The translations under genes and the position numbers were made by a program. A DNA stretch of 64,000 nt, taken from contig NC_087436.1 of assembly GCF_036321535.1 (NCBI RefSeq), forward strand, positions 77,688,001 through 77,752,000, read 5' to 3'. Origin of the DNA: Camelus dromedarius. Its lineage: Eukaryota. Numbering within the stretch: position 1 is the stretch's first letter; each line of letters begins with the position of its first letter. Of the stretch, positions 1 to 13,155 are shown one piece after another. Under the pieces are notes generated by a model, which saw nothing but the letters and a program-made list of their open reading frames with translations, searched no databases and was not told the DNA's origin.

Positions 1-955
1 GTTCTGTGCCCAAAAGAGAATGAATTTAGGCCTTTTTAATGTCTTTCTATCAATTTGTATAAGTTTATCAATAAAGCTTTTACACTTTTTTGTCAGCTTT
101 ATTCCTAGATACATTATATTTTATTTACATTATATAAATATATGTTATATTTTTAGACTTTTTTTCAATGGCATTTGTATTCCTATTTGTCAGCTATATT
201 TCTGGTATTTAAAAATACACAGAGCTCTTGCATTATTAATCTTACAGGCTGCATCGATACTAAACTCTCTACATTTTAGTAATTTGGTGTTACATTCTGG
301 ATTTCTATAGAGTTAATCATATCACAAGGGAAATAAGTTTTGTTGTTTATGTGCCAATTTTTCTTTTAATTTTATCTATATCTCAGTGCACCAGGTAGAA
401 CCTCCTGTAAAATACTAGCGAGAAGTGCTTATACTGCTGATTTTTAAGAGCATACTTCAAATGCTTCATCATTATGTACAGTGTTTAAATTTTTGTTAGG
501 TATCTTTCTTTGGGTTAATAAAATGTATTTCTATTCCAAGTTTGCTAAGAGAATTTATCATAACTGAATGTGGAAACATCAAAATTTTCTCTGCATCTAT
601 TGAGGTACTTATGTAATTGTTTTTCTTTTTTTAATCTATTAAAGTGGTGACTTGGTTCAATAAAACTTTTAATGTTAAACTATGCTTGCATTCCTGGGAT
701 ATATCTAACTTGTTAAGATGCACTGTTACCATTTGTATTAATTGTAGTACTCAATTTGCTAATATTTTGCTTATGATTTTAACATTAAATTCGTAAGTGA
801 GATTGGACATTAATTTGCCTTCCTCAGGCATTTCCTTTGGAGAATCAAGTTTACACTAGCTTCATAGAATAAGATGGAAATTATCTTTTACTGTTTTCTG
901 AAAGAATCTGCATAAGGTTCATATTATAAGCCCTTGAAGTAAATTCTCTGCATCT
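1..955 (-). mobile_element. Degenerate LINE-1 (L1M-type) ORF2 remnant
   Basis: T-rich plus strand with typical antisense-L1 phrases, e.g. 'tttattcctagata', 'ttctattccaagtttgctaagagaatttatcataa', 'ttgcattcctgggata'. Confidence 0.75.
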
Positions 956-959
956 TGTG

Positions 960-1203
960 AGCTACGGACTGAATGTCTCTCTCTAAAATTCCTATGTTGA
1001 AGCTCTATTCCCAAATGTGATGATATTTGGAGGCAGGAGCCTTTGGCGGGTAATTAGGTCATGAGGGTGAAGCCCTCATGAATGGGATTTGTGCCCTTAT
1101 GAAAAAAGACAAGAAAGATGACATCTCTTTCCATCATGTGAGGACACAGTGAGAAGACAGCCACCTGTAAACCAGGAAGAGAGCTCTCACCAGAGCCCAA
1201 CCA
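960..1203 (+). mobile_element. MaLR LTR fragment (MLT1A-like)
   Basis: 'gctacggactgaatgt...aattaggtcatgagggtgaagccctcatgaatgggatt...gtgaggacacagtgagaagacagc' resembles the MLT1A consensus. Confidence 0.8.
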
Positions 1204-2999
1204 TATATATATTCATATACACATTTCATATATAGTAGCAGAGTTGCCCAAATCCTTTCTAATCCATGTGAATCTTTACTAACTGTACTTATGTTCATGC
1301 ATAATCACATTTATCTGTAGCTCTTCTCTTTTTCTTTTGATCAGTATTTTCAAGGTTGTTAGTTGTATTAAACTTTCAAAACATCCTGGCTCTGTATCCT
1401 TTTATTTTATATTTTATTAATTCATCTCCTTAACTTTATTTTGTTCCTTCTCTTTTGTTTTTACCCCTTTTCCATCTTCTTAAGTTGAATGCTTAGCTTA
1501 TTAATTTTTAGCTGTTTTTATTTCCTACTTGAAACATTAAAGGTTATAAACATTACTCTATCATTTTAGTTGCAACCCACATGTGTTGATATGTAAAATT
1601 CTCTATTATGCAACTCTGTTTCATAATATTCATAAAAATCTTCACTCATCCTTGAATTATTTTGAAATATTCCTAAAATTCCAGTGAGGTGAATTCAAAT
1701 TTTTTTAGTGGTTTCTTCCCATTTTTTCAATTTTGTTATTGATCTCTACCTTAAACACTTTGACGCTGGTGAACGAAACCTCCATGTTCCTATTTTGGGA
1801 ATGAGAAGGAAGCTGCCCCACTGATCTTTCACTTATTCTTCTATGCTAAGCTGTGTGCTAAGTCTAGCGGTAAATACTGCAGCACAGTTTCTGTCATCAT
1901 GGGGCTATGAGCGCACAGGAGCAGCTAGATCATAAAGAAGCAGGCAACAGTGTCAACATTTAATGTTTGACACTGTATTTTCTTCTACTATACTCCACCT
2001 AAGTAAAAGAAGTAAGAGTGAGGTGTTCTGTTATCACATGAGGTGTATTACCTACATGAGTTAAGAGCACAATCATACAGAACACTTACTGATGAGTGAC
2101 AGCTGAGATTTATTGGATTACAACCAAGTTTTCTCCTCTGCAACCCCAAGAAGGATAGCTACTATATAAATTCTGCTTAGGTTGAGAACAAGCTGGGTTT
2201 TTCTTTAGACTCTTAAAGTACTGTCCTACATCTTAATATTACCCCTGATTCATTCATGATAACCAGAAGAAGGACTCTTAACCATGACTGCCTTCATCAG
2301 CCTTGAAAGTGGAGAAAGATTTAGGAAATCATTGAATGGGCAGGTGAGAGACAGTCATGGGAGAATCTCCATGATTCTTCAGTAGTATCTGCTAAACTTA
2401 CTCTCTACCCAGTATGTTTCCTGATGGAGACAGCTTGGACCAGGTGGGATCCACGTGGGACTGAACCAGGCTGGCACTCTCAGTTCTCATGAATTGGGGA
2501 AGAAGAACAGAGTGAGGTCTTCACCCTTCACTACAAACGCATCCTCTGTGATTATCTCAGAAGGGCACATCTCTATAGCCTCAAGAGAGACACTTTTGAA
2601 ATTCAGAACTTTTTCCTACTTAGGTATTTTTTTCCAGGCTTTTACTGGTTATTCTTTGTTGGGGAAAAAAAAAAACGCAAACAAAAACAAAAACAAAACC
2701 CCAAATTTTCCTTATTGTTGTCCTTAGATATCTGACCCCTCACTGATATTGCCAAGAAATGATAAAGGAAGATGAAAATGCCACCTATCAAAATTTGTAG
2801 AATGAGGTCAAGGTTATCTTTACAAGGAGTTGTTCATCGTCAAGGACATTTATGTCCAAGTCTGGACAGCCCACTGTCCATCATCCAGATGTGCATTCCT
2901 GATGTGCTGGACCAGGCACCCCCACTGCCCCTACCTCTACTGCCATGCCCCCTCCAAGAACCTTAGTAAAAGCAGCATTGCTAGGCTGCCAGCTGCCAG

Positions 3000-4160
3000 T
3001 CCAACTCCTATTTTTTATATTTGCTATAACTTGCTTAATGGCCTAGAATATGATCAATTTTGTTACTGTGCTTTCTCTAACCACTGGGAACAATATTCTA
3101 CAAGCCCATTATATCAAGTTTATTAACTGCGTTGTACACGTCTTCTAAAGTTTTAGTGATTTTCAGTCTGAATGTTCTATCAATTTCTGTAAGAGGTGTA
3201 TTAAAATAAAAAAAAATTAAAAATTTCTCTTTAGTTTTGTCAAATTCTGCTTCTTATTTTTGAAGCATGTTAGTAGGTAAATAAAAGACGAGGATTTTTG
3301 CATCATCTTGGTAAACTGAACCTTTCATCATCATATGGTAACCTCTGTCTCTAGTAATATTTCTTCCCTGATACCAGCATAATGAAAGCCGCATTTCAAT
3401 TTGTTGAATATTTCCCAGACATATCTTCTCTGAGGCTTTTAACGTCAACCTTTCTGCATTCTCATGTTTTAGGTCTGTTTCTTATAAACATCGTAATAGC
3501 TGATTTTAAGTTTTAAAATCAATTTAACAGTGTTTGGTTTTATCTGGAGAGTTAAGTCTATTTACATATGTTAGATTTCTTCCTATTTTCAATTTGCATT
3601 TTCTCTTCGATTTTTTCCCCAGGCTTTTCTGTTTCTTGTTTGCTGGCTTCCTTTAAAATGACTGACATCTTCTCCCACTTTAATTCCAATTACGCCTACT
3701 CTCAGTTTACATGCTGCTGTTGTTCAGTTATTTAGCATTTTCTCACTTTTAATACTATATAGCAGAATGATAGTTATTACTTTATACCATATTTTGAAAG
3801 ATTTAACAACATGTTTACCAGTTTTCTATAGTCATCACTCCCTGTTGCATCTCAGACCCTCCATCAGGGTTTTTTCATCTCAAGCACATCCTTTGTCTGT
3901 AGGTGGTAAACACTCTTCATCTTTGTTTAAAAATGGCTTTTTTTCACCCTTTTTGAAAGATAATTTCTCTGGATTTATAATACATGTTTGTCAGTTATTT
4001 TCTCTCAGAATTTTAAAGATATTATTCACTGCATTCTGGTTTCTATGGTTGCTGTTGAGATGTCAACTGAAAGCCTGATTTTTACTCCTTTATATGCAAT
4101 CCGTCATTTCTCTTGGATAGCTTTTACAACCTTCTCTTTGTTTCTGTTCTGCACTTTTGC
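3000..4160 (-). mobile_element. Degenerate LINE-1 fragment
   Basis: Antisense L1 endonuclease/ORF1-region phrases ('gaacctttcatcatcatatggtaacctctgtctctagtaata', 'ttttgaaagataatttctctgga'). It resumes after the MLT1F insertion at about 4690-4990. Confidence 0.65.
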
Positions 4161-4162
4161 TA

Positions 4163-4685
4163 CTTCAACAGCCAACATCCAAGACAGCCTCAACGATCCC
4201 TTTCTCCTGGGATTCAGAGGTGTCCTCTCTCACAATAAATCAGGGCTGACCCCGTGCGGCCAACAGAACACAGTGGAAGGGCTGGTGGGCGGCTCTGAAT
4301 ATCTTCAAAGGCACTGCAGCCATTCCTCGGTCTCTCAGATGACTCATTCTGAGAGAAGCCAACCACCATGCCATGAAGACATTCAACCCTAGAGACTCAT
4401 ATGGAAACGAATTAAGTCGCCCAAACAACAGCCAGCATCAGTCTGCTATGAGTGAGTCACCTTGGATGTGGATTCTCAAGTCCGTCAAGCCTCCAGGTGA
4501 CTGCAGCGCCAGCCAACATTTGACAGAAACGTCCCGAGACACCCTGAGTCAGAACCACCCAGCAGAACCACTCCCAAATTCCTGACCCACAGAACCTGTG
4601 AGAGAACATACATGATTCTTACTGTTTTAAGCAGTTAAATTCTGGAGTGCTTTGTTATGCAAAGACAGAAGCTACAATAAATAAC
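4163..4685 (+). mobile_element. MaLR LTR (MLT1F-like)
   Basis: 'ccaagacagcctcaacgatccctttctcctgg ... gagaccctgagtcagaaccacccagcagaaccactcccaaattcctgacccacagaa ... tttgttatgca' resembles MLT1F. Confidence 0.75.
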
Positions 4686-5004
4686 ATTAGTTTCAGTTGG
4701 GATTTATGGGGGATTTATTACCTGATAATTGGTATTTTTTATAACTTCTGGAAAATTCTCAGCCGTTATTTCTTTAAATACTGCTTTTCTCTCTCATTCT
4801 CTATATTTTTACCTTGGCCTCCAATTGAACACTTTAGGAATTTCTCACTTTACTCCCCAAGTCTCCTCATTTCTCTTATTTCCCATCTTTTTGTGCCTCT
4901 GTGCCATATTCTGTGTAAATTGCTTAAATTTATCCTTCAGTTCACTGATTTTTCTCTTTACTTGTGAATTATCTGCTATTTAATCTTTCCACTAAATTTT
5001 CAAA

Positions 5005-7310
5005 TTGATATAAAATTTACAAGCAATAAAATGCACAGGTGTTTGGGGTACAGCTCATTGAATTTTGATACAGATTATACTCATGTAACCACAACCACCA
5101 CATGGTCAAGATACAGACACTCCCATTTATCTCAGAAAGTCCCCTCGCGCCCCATTCCAGTCAAATGCCCCTCCCAAAGGCAGACCTTGTATTAATTTCT
5201 ACCATCTATTCTACGACTGCAATAAATGTACTCATAAAGAAGACACTCTTCTGTGTCTGTCTTCTTTTTGCTCAACATAGTTTTAAAAGTTCATTCATGT
5301 CGCTGCCTGCAGCAATTCATTGCTTTAGGCTGCTGAGATGAGTTCCACTGATGAAACACTGCTGCTATATGTTTATACATTTGATTGGTGATAGGGGTTT
5401 GGGCTGTTTCTGATTTGGGGGCTTTCAGGAATAAAGCTGTTATGAACATTCTTGTCTAAAACTTTTGAAGACATGATTTCAATTTTCCTGGATAAATACC
5501 AAGGAGTAGAATTTCTACCAAGGAGTGGAATTTCTTGTCACAGTAGAGGCATATGTTTGACTCTATGAGAAACTGACAAACTGTTCTTCAAACAGTTCAT
5601 AATTTTCTTTTCCCACTAGGAATTTAGGGAAATGTCCCCACCAACACTTGGTATTGTCAAGCTTTTAAATTATAGTCACTCTAGTGGGTATGAAATCATA
5701 CATCTTTGTGGTTTTAATTTGCATTTCCTAGTGACTGTTGATAAGGCTTACTGATTATTCCTATGTCTTTATTTGTAAAATGATTTTTCAAGATCTTTGA
5801 TCATTTTTAAAAACTGTGTTGTTCGACTTTTATTACTGAGTTCTTTGTCTATTTCTGGATACAAGACCTTTGTCATATATTTATATATTGCAAATATTTT
5901 CTACCAGTCTATGGCATGGCTGTTCATTTTCTTAACAATGTATTTTGATGATCAGGAATGTTTTAATTTTGATGAAATCCAATTACTATGGACTGCATGT
6001 TTGTCTCCCCCCAAATTTATACGTTGAATCCCTAATCCTTAATGTGGATGGTATTTGGAGGGAAGTAATTAGGTCACAAGGCTGAAACCTTCATGATAGG
6101 ATTAGTACCCTTATAAGAAGAGACAGAAGAGAGCTTTCTCCCTCCCTGTCTCTCTCTCTCTATGTGAAGAGAGAAAACAGGAAATGGACCCAGACCAGAC
6201 ACCAGATCTGCCAACACCCTGACCCTGAACTTCCCAGAGTCGAGAACTGTGAGAAATAAATTGTTTAAGCCACCCAGCCTGTGGTATTTTTGTTATAGGA
6301 GCCCAAGCTTTCTGAGATTACTACTATTGTGTTCCAAGAAATCTTGCCTACTCCATGTCCTGAAGATACTTCCCTATGTTTACTTCTGGATGTTTTATAG
6401 GTCCATGATCCATCCTGAATTATTTTATACAGTGTGAGGTGAGAGTCATGTTCCTTCTTACTCCACCTACGCATATCCAACTGTTTCAGCAATACCTGTT
6501 GAGAAGACTAGCCTTTCCCCTTTTTCTAAAAGTCAGTTGACTGTGTATGTCTATTTCTGGGCTGCATTCTGCTAGATTAAGCTATCTATCCTTACACCAT
6601 TATCACACTGCCTCAATTACCAGTTTTATAGTAGGTCTGACATCAGGTGTAATAATTTCCTCAATCTTTTTCTTTTTTTTTCCAAAGTGGTTATTGACTA
6701 TTCTAAATTTCATTTCTGTGTAAATTTTAGAATAACATCTCAGTTTCTAAAAATGGCTGCTATAATTTCTTTATTGCAATGGCCTTAAATTTGTGGATTA
6801 ATTGGAGAATGAATGTCTTATTAAATATTGAGTTATACAATTTATAAACATTACCATTTATTTCTTTTTTTCTCAACAAAATGTCATCATTTTCAATGTA
6901 GAGGTCTCACACATTAAATGTATTTAAAATTATTTTGTAATTTTTGATACTATAAATGGTATTTTGATTTCATTTATAAATATTTACTACTAGTTTATAA
7001 AAATACAATTTTTATTTGTATATTGACTCTATACCTATAATCACGCTTAATTTACTTACTCTTTCTAGCACCTTTTGGGTAGATTCTTCATGCTTTTCTG
7101 ATAAACAATCATGTTGTTTGCAAATAAAGACCAGTAGCTTCTTCCTTTCTAATCTTTGGCCTTTCCTTTCTTTTTCTGGGTTCATTTCTTTTGCTAAGAC
7201 CAATGTTGAAAAGAGTAGTGAAAGAAAATATTCTTAATTTCCTTACAATATAATGGAAAATGTTCAATATTTCACGGTTAGGTATGATGTTAACTAAAGG
7301 TTTATGCTCC
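5005..7310 (-). mobile_element. Old LINE-1 3' part (L1MC/L1ME-like), interrupted by an MLT1A LTR
   Basis: Antisense L1 3'UTR ('aataaagctgttatgaacattcttgt', 'gtggttttaatttgcatttcccta') continuing into ORF2 remnants. Confidence 0.75.
5984..6318 (+). mobile_element. MaLR LTR (MLT1A-like) nested in L1
   Basis: 'tactatggactgcatgtttgtctcccccca...agaactgtgagaaataaattgtttaagccacccagcctgtggtatttttgttatag'. Confidence 0.8.
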
Positions 7311-7734
7311 ATGCCTTACAGAATGAGTGCTTTGAAAGGAACAGCTGTGTTAATGTGGATTTCACCTTGTGTGAGTCCCTTTCTCCAAGGCTTGAATGTC
7401 TATTTCTTGTTGCTCTCCCACGCTTTCAATCTCAGCAAGATTAGTCCAATGCAAGCTACTCCACCATTAATGAAAACTTTCATGGAATACTGAATTTCTA
7501 TTACTATATTAATTTCTTCATAGTTTTATTTGTTATTTTTTTCTAAACACTTTAGATATTTTTTGAGAGTCTCTGTTGTTTACTTATTTGTTAGCCCCTC
7601 TTTTACTTTAAAAAAACAATGGATGTATTTATTGTACATTTTGTATCTGATTACTCCAATATATGAGACTCTTATGTGTCTGCCAAATAATGCTCCTAGA
7701 ACTTTTTTCCTCATACATATTTTTACTTTATTTA

Positions 7735-7851
7735 TTTTTTGGGGGGGAGGGGATAATTAGATTTATTTATTTAACGGAGGTACTGGGAACTGAACCCAGG
7801 ATCTCGTGCATCCTAAGCACACATTCTAACACGGAGCTATTAACCACCCCC
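7735..7851 (-). mobile_element. tRNA-Ala-derived SINE (camelid Vic-1-like)
   Basis: The minus strand reads GGGGGTGGTTAATAGCTCCGTGTTAGAATGTGTGCTTAGGATGCACGAGATCCTGGGTTCAGTTCCCAGTACCTCC...CTAATTATCCCTCCCCCCC. It has Pol III A/B boxes and is homologous to the copies at 12129 and 41190. Confidence 0.85.
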
Positions 7852-9978
7852 TTATTTTATTTTAAATGTGAGTTTATATCCCCTGGAAGTTTATCTCTCA
7901 GACTCCTTTGTATCCTGAGTTGAGAGAACATTCTTCCAGAGAGAATATACACTGATTCTTGGAAACTTGGGCATGCTACCAACATGGATACATTTTCATT
8001 TAAATTTTTCCTTGGGGTTTTCCACCCTTGAAGACTGGGCACCCAAGACTCCATGAAGACCAGCCTGTGGCCAAGTCTTCTCAGTGGAGGCTCTCTCTTT
8101 TGTTCCTCTACTAAGAGCCCGGTAATGAGAAAACCATGTTTTCTTGCATGTACTCTGCTTTTATAAATTAGAATTCCACCCCCCTCCCCGTTTTCTATTT
8201 CTCTGAGGGTATAATCCGTATGATTCTCGGTTCTGGCCAATATTCTCTGATTCAACTTCCCACATTGCCCAGGTCCAAAAACGTGGTCTCCTGTTCCCGG
8301 AGGGCACAGAAACTAAAATAAAACCTCTAGGCCACCTAGGAGTGCTGGCTGCCCACAAGACAGCAGCGTCAGTGTCTGAGTCCCACCCTGCGCAGCTGCT
8401 CAAGCTTGAGTCCCAGCCTTGGGGGGATTCCAACGCTGTCTTATAAACTCAGCCATGCGTGCAATCCTACTTTTCATGTTTCATCCAGTGTTTTAGACAT
8501 TTCTGTAGTAAGAGACTTTCAATATATCTAGCTTGAGGATATAGCTAGAAATGGAAATATTCCACATTTACTTTCTAATCTCTAAAGGCTTTAGTTGTTG
8601 CTCTTTATTTAGCTGGCTGGCACGTGAGTTAGCTGGATGGATAAGAATGCTTAACAGAAGAGATCGCTCTGGACCTCTCTGCCTATAAATACTGAATTTA
8701 TAGTAGTAAAGAAACAAATACTACCCGTTTCTCAAAAACAGCTATAAAAAATGAATCTAATGGATAATTGGCATCTCTCATGATGGTTTTACTTCGAGAA
8801 TATTCCAAACGGTTTCTCTGAAGAGCTGTCACAGGCTTTGTCAATGAAGGAATTGCGAAGAAGACAAGTAATTAAGGCTTTGTGTTAGTACCACACTAGT
8901 TCTCAAAGCTGTCTTTCATGAGTAAAATAAAACCTGAATGGATCAGAATGTTTCTTGGAAGTCGGCCAGATTTCACATGAAAGGACTTCCTTTACTCCTT
9001 TACTATAGAGAGAAATCGCTTAGCAATTACACATAATAAATTTAATTCCTAAGGCTAAATTACACACTGTAACATGTGGATGATAAAACCTACCTCGTCA
9101 ACTGTTAAAACATATGGATCGAAAAATGTTTAGCACAGTAGCTTTACACACTAAATGGTAGTTACTATTATTTCCACATAAAAAAGGTTCTGGTATGAGA
9201 AACTTTTAGTATCGTTGTAAATGTTAAGTTCAGAGATGGTTGACTGTCCTTGAGCTACTGACAAAATGGACTCAGGAAAACTCAGCTTGGGTTCCCCATC
9301 TTGATGGGGTTCCCTCCTGAGATCCAAAGTGTGTTGGTTTCTCCTTAATTATGACTGCCCAGTTCTCTTACAGTTTCATAGTGAAAGCAGTTTATGTGAC
9401 TGGTAGCATTTTTTTTCTGTAGTGTGACATGCAAGGGGAATCACATTAGGCATGCCATCCATTACAAATATGGATGCCAAGAAAGTCTCTCCTCAAGGAA
9501 CCCATAGTCCAATGTCGTGATTCTCAACCCAGGTTGTACCTTAGAATCATCTAGAAAGATTTTTTTTAAACTACCAACATTTATACATGTGTCTTTCCTC
9601 CCTATACAGACTGGCTATCTTGGGACAAAAGCCATACTATCTTCCTTCCTTATTCCTCATAGCCAGTCTCTATATGTGGCAGGAATTTATTAAGACCCAC
9701 TTAAAATCATTATACAAAAATGCTAACAGAACTCAATTTTAAAGACATTCTATAATGTGAATTCTTAGTAGGAGTCACAAATAAAGCTGAAACATTAAAT
9801 TCCTAGGCCAAAAAGAACTGTAACATTGCTCCCTGTGTTAAGTGTGCTGATTTCAAAAGCCATATCCCCCAAAGTGAAAATAACAGATGTACCAAAATTA
9901 AAAGAAAATTGCAACTATAACACAGCTTTGTGCGTAGAAATACTCATGTGGCACTGTAAGTTACAGAATTTGTCTTAC

Positions 9979-10120
9979 CAATTTAAGATATCCTTCAGCA
10001 TCTAGAATTAAGTTTTCTGGTTTCAGGTCTCTGTAGATAATACCCAGTCGATGCAGGTAATCAAACGCTTCCGTCACACAAGCAACGCAGAACTTGGAGG
10101 TGGGTTCATCAAAGCTGCCT
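9979..10120 (-). CDS. PRKG2: PRKG2 exon 14 (catalytic loop YRDLKPEN)
   Basis: Encodes (R)[50 protein letters not shown]| acceptor, |GTAAGA donor, 142 nt. The next exon (VDFGFAK...) was not found in 1-9978. Confidence 0.97.
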
Positions 10121-10679
10121 CTGCAACGAAATCATTTTCCCTCTTAATACTCTAGACACACATCCTTGCGGTATATTCTAGGTGTAAATTATCATAGTGT
10201 AAATGTATGCAATATAAACATTGTGTAGGGCATCAACTCTAAAAAGTATTTCATACTGCCAATGAATGAGGCTGCTGATCATAAAGAAACTTAGGGGGAC
10301 ACTTGATGCAAACAAGAACCACTTCACTGAAATTAAGATGTTTACAACCAAATGATTGTTTCTGGCAACCATATGTGAAGATCTAAAATAGAAAGAGGAG
10401 AAAACAGAACTTTTTTTTAGATACCTACGGCAAATTCTGGAGAAAATGCAACAATATCAATGGAGAGCTTGAACCAGACTTCTGTAATTGATTGCTTGAC
10501 TAAAAATGACCCAAATGATCATTTTCATTTCCTGTTTGCATAGCACGTAACAGTAACCCATGTAGAAACGGGGTCATAACTCTTTTCTGTTTAGTGTGCC
10601 TTGATGATGTAAGAGTTGCCCTGTGTCAGCACCGTGTGTAGGTTTACCTACTGAATTATTAAACATGGTGGTGGTTTGC

Positions 10680-10870
10680 TGCATGGTGTAATAGAAGGCT
10701 GTGGCTCTGGAGTGAGAGAAACTGGCTTTGACTCCTGATTCTTCCACTCATTGTGTCCTTGGGCAAGTTGTTCAGCTGTTCTGAGCCTCAGATCCCTAGA
10801 TGTAAAATGGGTGCACTGTTGACTTTACAAGGCTGTTTTAAGGAGCAGGCAAAGTGCCTAACAGGTAGCA
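10680..10870 (+). mobile_element. MIR SINE
   Basis: MIR core 'tgtgtccttgggcaagttgttcagctgttctgagcctcag...tgtaaaatggg'. Confidence 0.7.
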
Positions 10871-11070
10871 GGAACTCCCATCTCCAAACAGATTAAGATA
10901 TTCAAAAAAGATTTGACAGTTGAAGCAAAGGTGGAAGATGCAAATGCTTCTGCAGGTATCATGCAAGTCTCCTCCACCCTTCCAGGTTCCCCCCATTGGG
11001 TCCATCCAACAGTCTGTTCCCAGCACAACATACAGCTCTTCATTCAGATGCTTAAAGGTCTCTTCCTACT

Positions 11071-11252
11071 CAGGTCCCTGATTCTTGACCATGAGTGCAC
11101 ATTAAAATTGCTTGAAAGGCAGGTAAAAGTCACTTCCTGGACCCCAAAGCAAGTGAACCAAATCAAAGCCTTTGGGATTAGGGCCCAGCATTTTCATCTA
11201 TAAAAGCTCCCCGTGCGACTGTGATGAGAAACCAGAGCTGAGAAGCACTGGC
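11071..11252. mobile_element. MER5A-like hAT-Charlie relic
   Basis: 'gattcttgacc...cacattaaaattgcttg...aaagctccccgtgcgactgtgatg...gctgagaagcactgg'. Confidence 0.55.
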
Positions 11253-12128
11253 CCAGGGAATGCTGTCTCAGTGTCTGGCTCGGCATTAACCTCCACAACC
11301 TAATGCAAAGCTACCTTCCCATCTCCTCTTCCGCTGCCCTCATCTTCTATTTAAATTCTGCTCTTAGTCAGCGAGTAAGAGACTTAATCATAACCCAACT
11401 TCCCTGCTGTATCTTACATCCGTTTCCCTTCTTCTCTGCCTTCCCACATTTTGGTCATCTTTAGAGTTCAGCTCAAGTCCTTCCTTGACCATCACATTTT
11501 TCTATCTTTCCTCTCTTCTGAGCTCACTATTCACAATACTTATTGGACATTTGGTTACAAATAGCCAACTTCATCATATTTAGTTCTCACATTAAATAAT
11601 GAAATGTTTTAAAACTGCAGGTTACATTATCTCCTGAAATCAAATCTAAATCCACTGGAGGAAAACTATATTTTTTATACTTCGAGTTATAAAAGTTTAT
11701 ATGGTTTAGGAAACACCCACACTGTACTATGGAGCCTTGTATGTAGGTGGAGCTCAGAAAATACCCGTGGTTCTGACTGTATGGAAAATGCCCTTTTTGT
11801 ATAATAGCATCTTTGCAGACACTTCACTCTGCTTTCCAGCCAGGGCTTCCCCACTCCCCACCCTTCCTTCATCTCCCTTCTCAAGATTCAGAATCAGTAA
11901 CATCTGGGTTTATCCTTACTCTGCCTCATACTAACCACGTGACACAGATGGTTCACACCTGAAGCCTGGGCTCCTTTAATCTTTAATACAAGAATGACAA
12001 TGACTGCCTTACATGATGCCTATTATGTGATTATAATATTAGCTAAGAAAATGTCGCTATTACTTTTTTAATCAAGTGGTAACATTTTTTTAGACTCATT
12101 TCTTAATGACTTTCTTCATGTCTCTTTA

Positions 12129-12237
12129 TTTTTTAAAATTAATTAATTAATTAAAATGGAGGCACTGGAGATTGAACCCAGGACCTCATGCATGCTAAGC
12201 ATGTGCTTTACCACTGAGCTATATACCCTCTCCCCTT
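12129..12237 (-). mobile_element. tRNA-Ala-derived SINE (Vic-1-like) with 14-bp TSD
   Basis: Minus strand GGGGAGAGGGTATATAGCTCAGTGGTAAAGCACATGCTTAGCATGCATGAGGTCCTGGGTTCAATCTCCAGT. Perfect TSD TTCATGTCTCTTTA at 12115-12128 and 12238-12251. Confidence 0.9.
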
Positions 12238-12327
12238 TTCATGTCTCTTTAAATGATCATGAATAGTGCATCCTTTAGACCAGATGTGAGTATACAAAAG
12301 TTATGATTTATAAACCTTTTTCATTAC

Positions 12328-12417
12328 CTGTCCCTCAATATACTCCATAGCTCCCCACCTAAGCAGGCCTCCAGAAGCATGTATACATACTTATTATCCT
12401 TGAAAGTGCGATACAAT
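12328..12417 (-). CDS. PRKG2: PRKG2 exon 13 (kinase hinge)
   Basis: Encodes (K)[29 protein letters not shown](R). CAG| acceptor, |GTAATG donor, 90 nt. Confidence 0.97.
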
Positions 12418-12847
12418 CTGTGAAGACAAATAAAAAGACGCCTCTTATTAGAAATCTAGTTTTAAAACATCTTTAAAGTTGCTTAAGAGCATCATCAGTA
12501 ACATTTTGGACAACGGTCCTCATCTCCTTCTAAACATCCTACAGCAATATTGGCTTCCCCCTGATGCTCTGATCTCTCCTCCTCCCTTGCTTTCTCTCCT
12601 GTTGACCCCTTTACTTGGACTTCCCTCCCTTTACCCACAAACTGAACTTCTTAATTTCAGTTTCACTGTATAAGTGTTAGCCATTCTCAACACCAAGCTC
12701 AGGGGTCACCTTCCCGATAAAGCAGATCCTTATCCCACCTATTAAATATGGCCTATCCTTCCTTCCAAAACCCAGAGACCTCTGCATAGTCTCCTTTAAG
12801 ATCTGCCTTGCATAACAGTCATTCACGCCCATGTCTTATTCCTCTAG

Positions 12848-13155
12848 TTGGTCTCAGGAAATAGACTGAGACAGACATTCCTAAGCATTTCTCATGGGGA
12901 CTGCTCTTGGGACCAACACCCACGGTGAAGGAAGGAAGTAGACTTGGATAGAGGAGGGGTTGGGCTGTCATCTAGTTTTTCAAAAGCTTCGGCTTCCAGG
13001 AGCTCTGCCATCACTGGATGCAGGATGTACCTGGAGAATGAGTATGGTCTTGGCAAGGTGGTAGCCATTGGCAAGCACTCCCCAGCTGGCAGCACTCCCA
13101 GAAGCTGGGAGAACAACAGCCTCAGTCCTGATGTGGGTTCTGGGCAACATACCGT
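12848..13155 (-). mobile_element. ERVL LTR fragment (LTR16-like)
   Basis: The reverse complement contains 'ttgcccagaacccacatcaggactgaggc...cccagcttctgggagtg...catccagtga...cagcccaacccctcctctatccaagtctacttccttccttc', which resembles LTR16A. Confidence 0.6.

Noticed and set aside
5497..5534. 19-bp tandem duplication TACCAAGGAGT(A/G)GAATTTC
   Set aside because: A local slippage duplication inside a dead L1; only two units and no spacers, so not an array.
20..8433. Many 60-134 aa F/L/I-rich ORFs
   Set aside because: Low-complexity translations of T-rich antisense L1 and MaLR sequence.
1..9978. PRKG2 exon 15 (VDFGFAKK...) not found, suggesting a truncated gene or pseudogene
   Set aside because: All 13 visible exons are intact with canonical splice sites; intron 14 most simply extends beyond the window edge.
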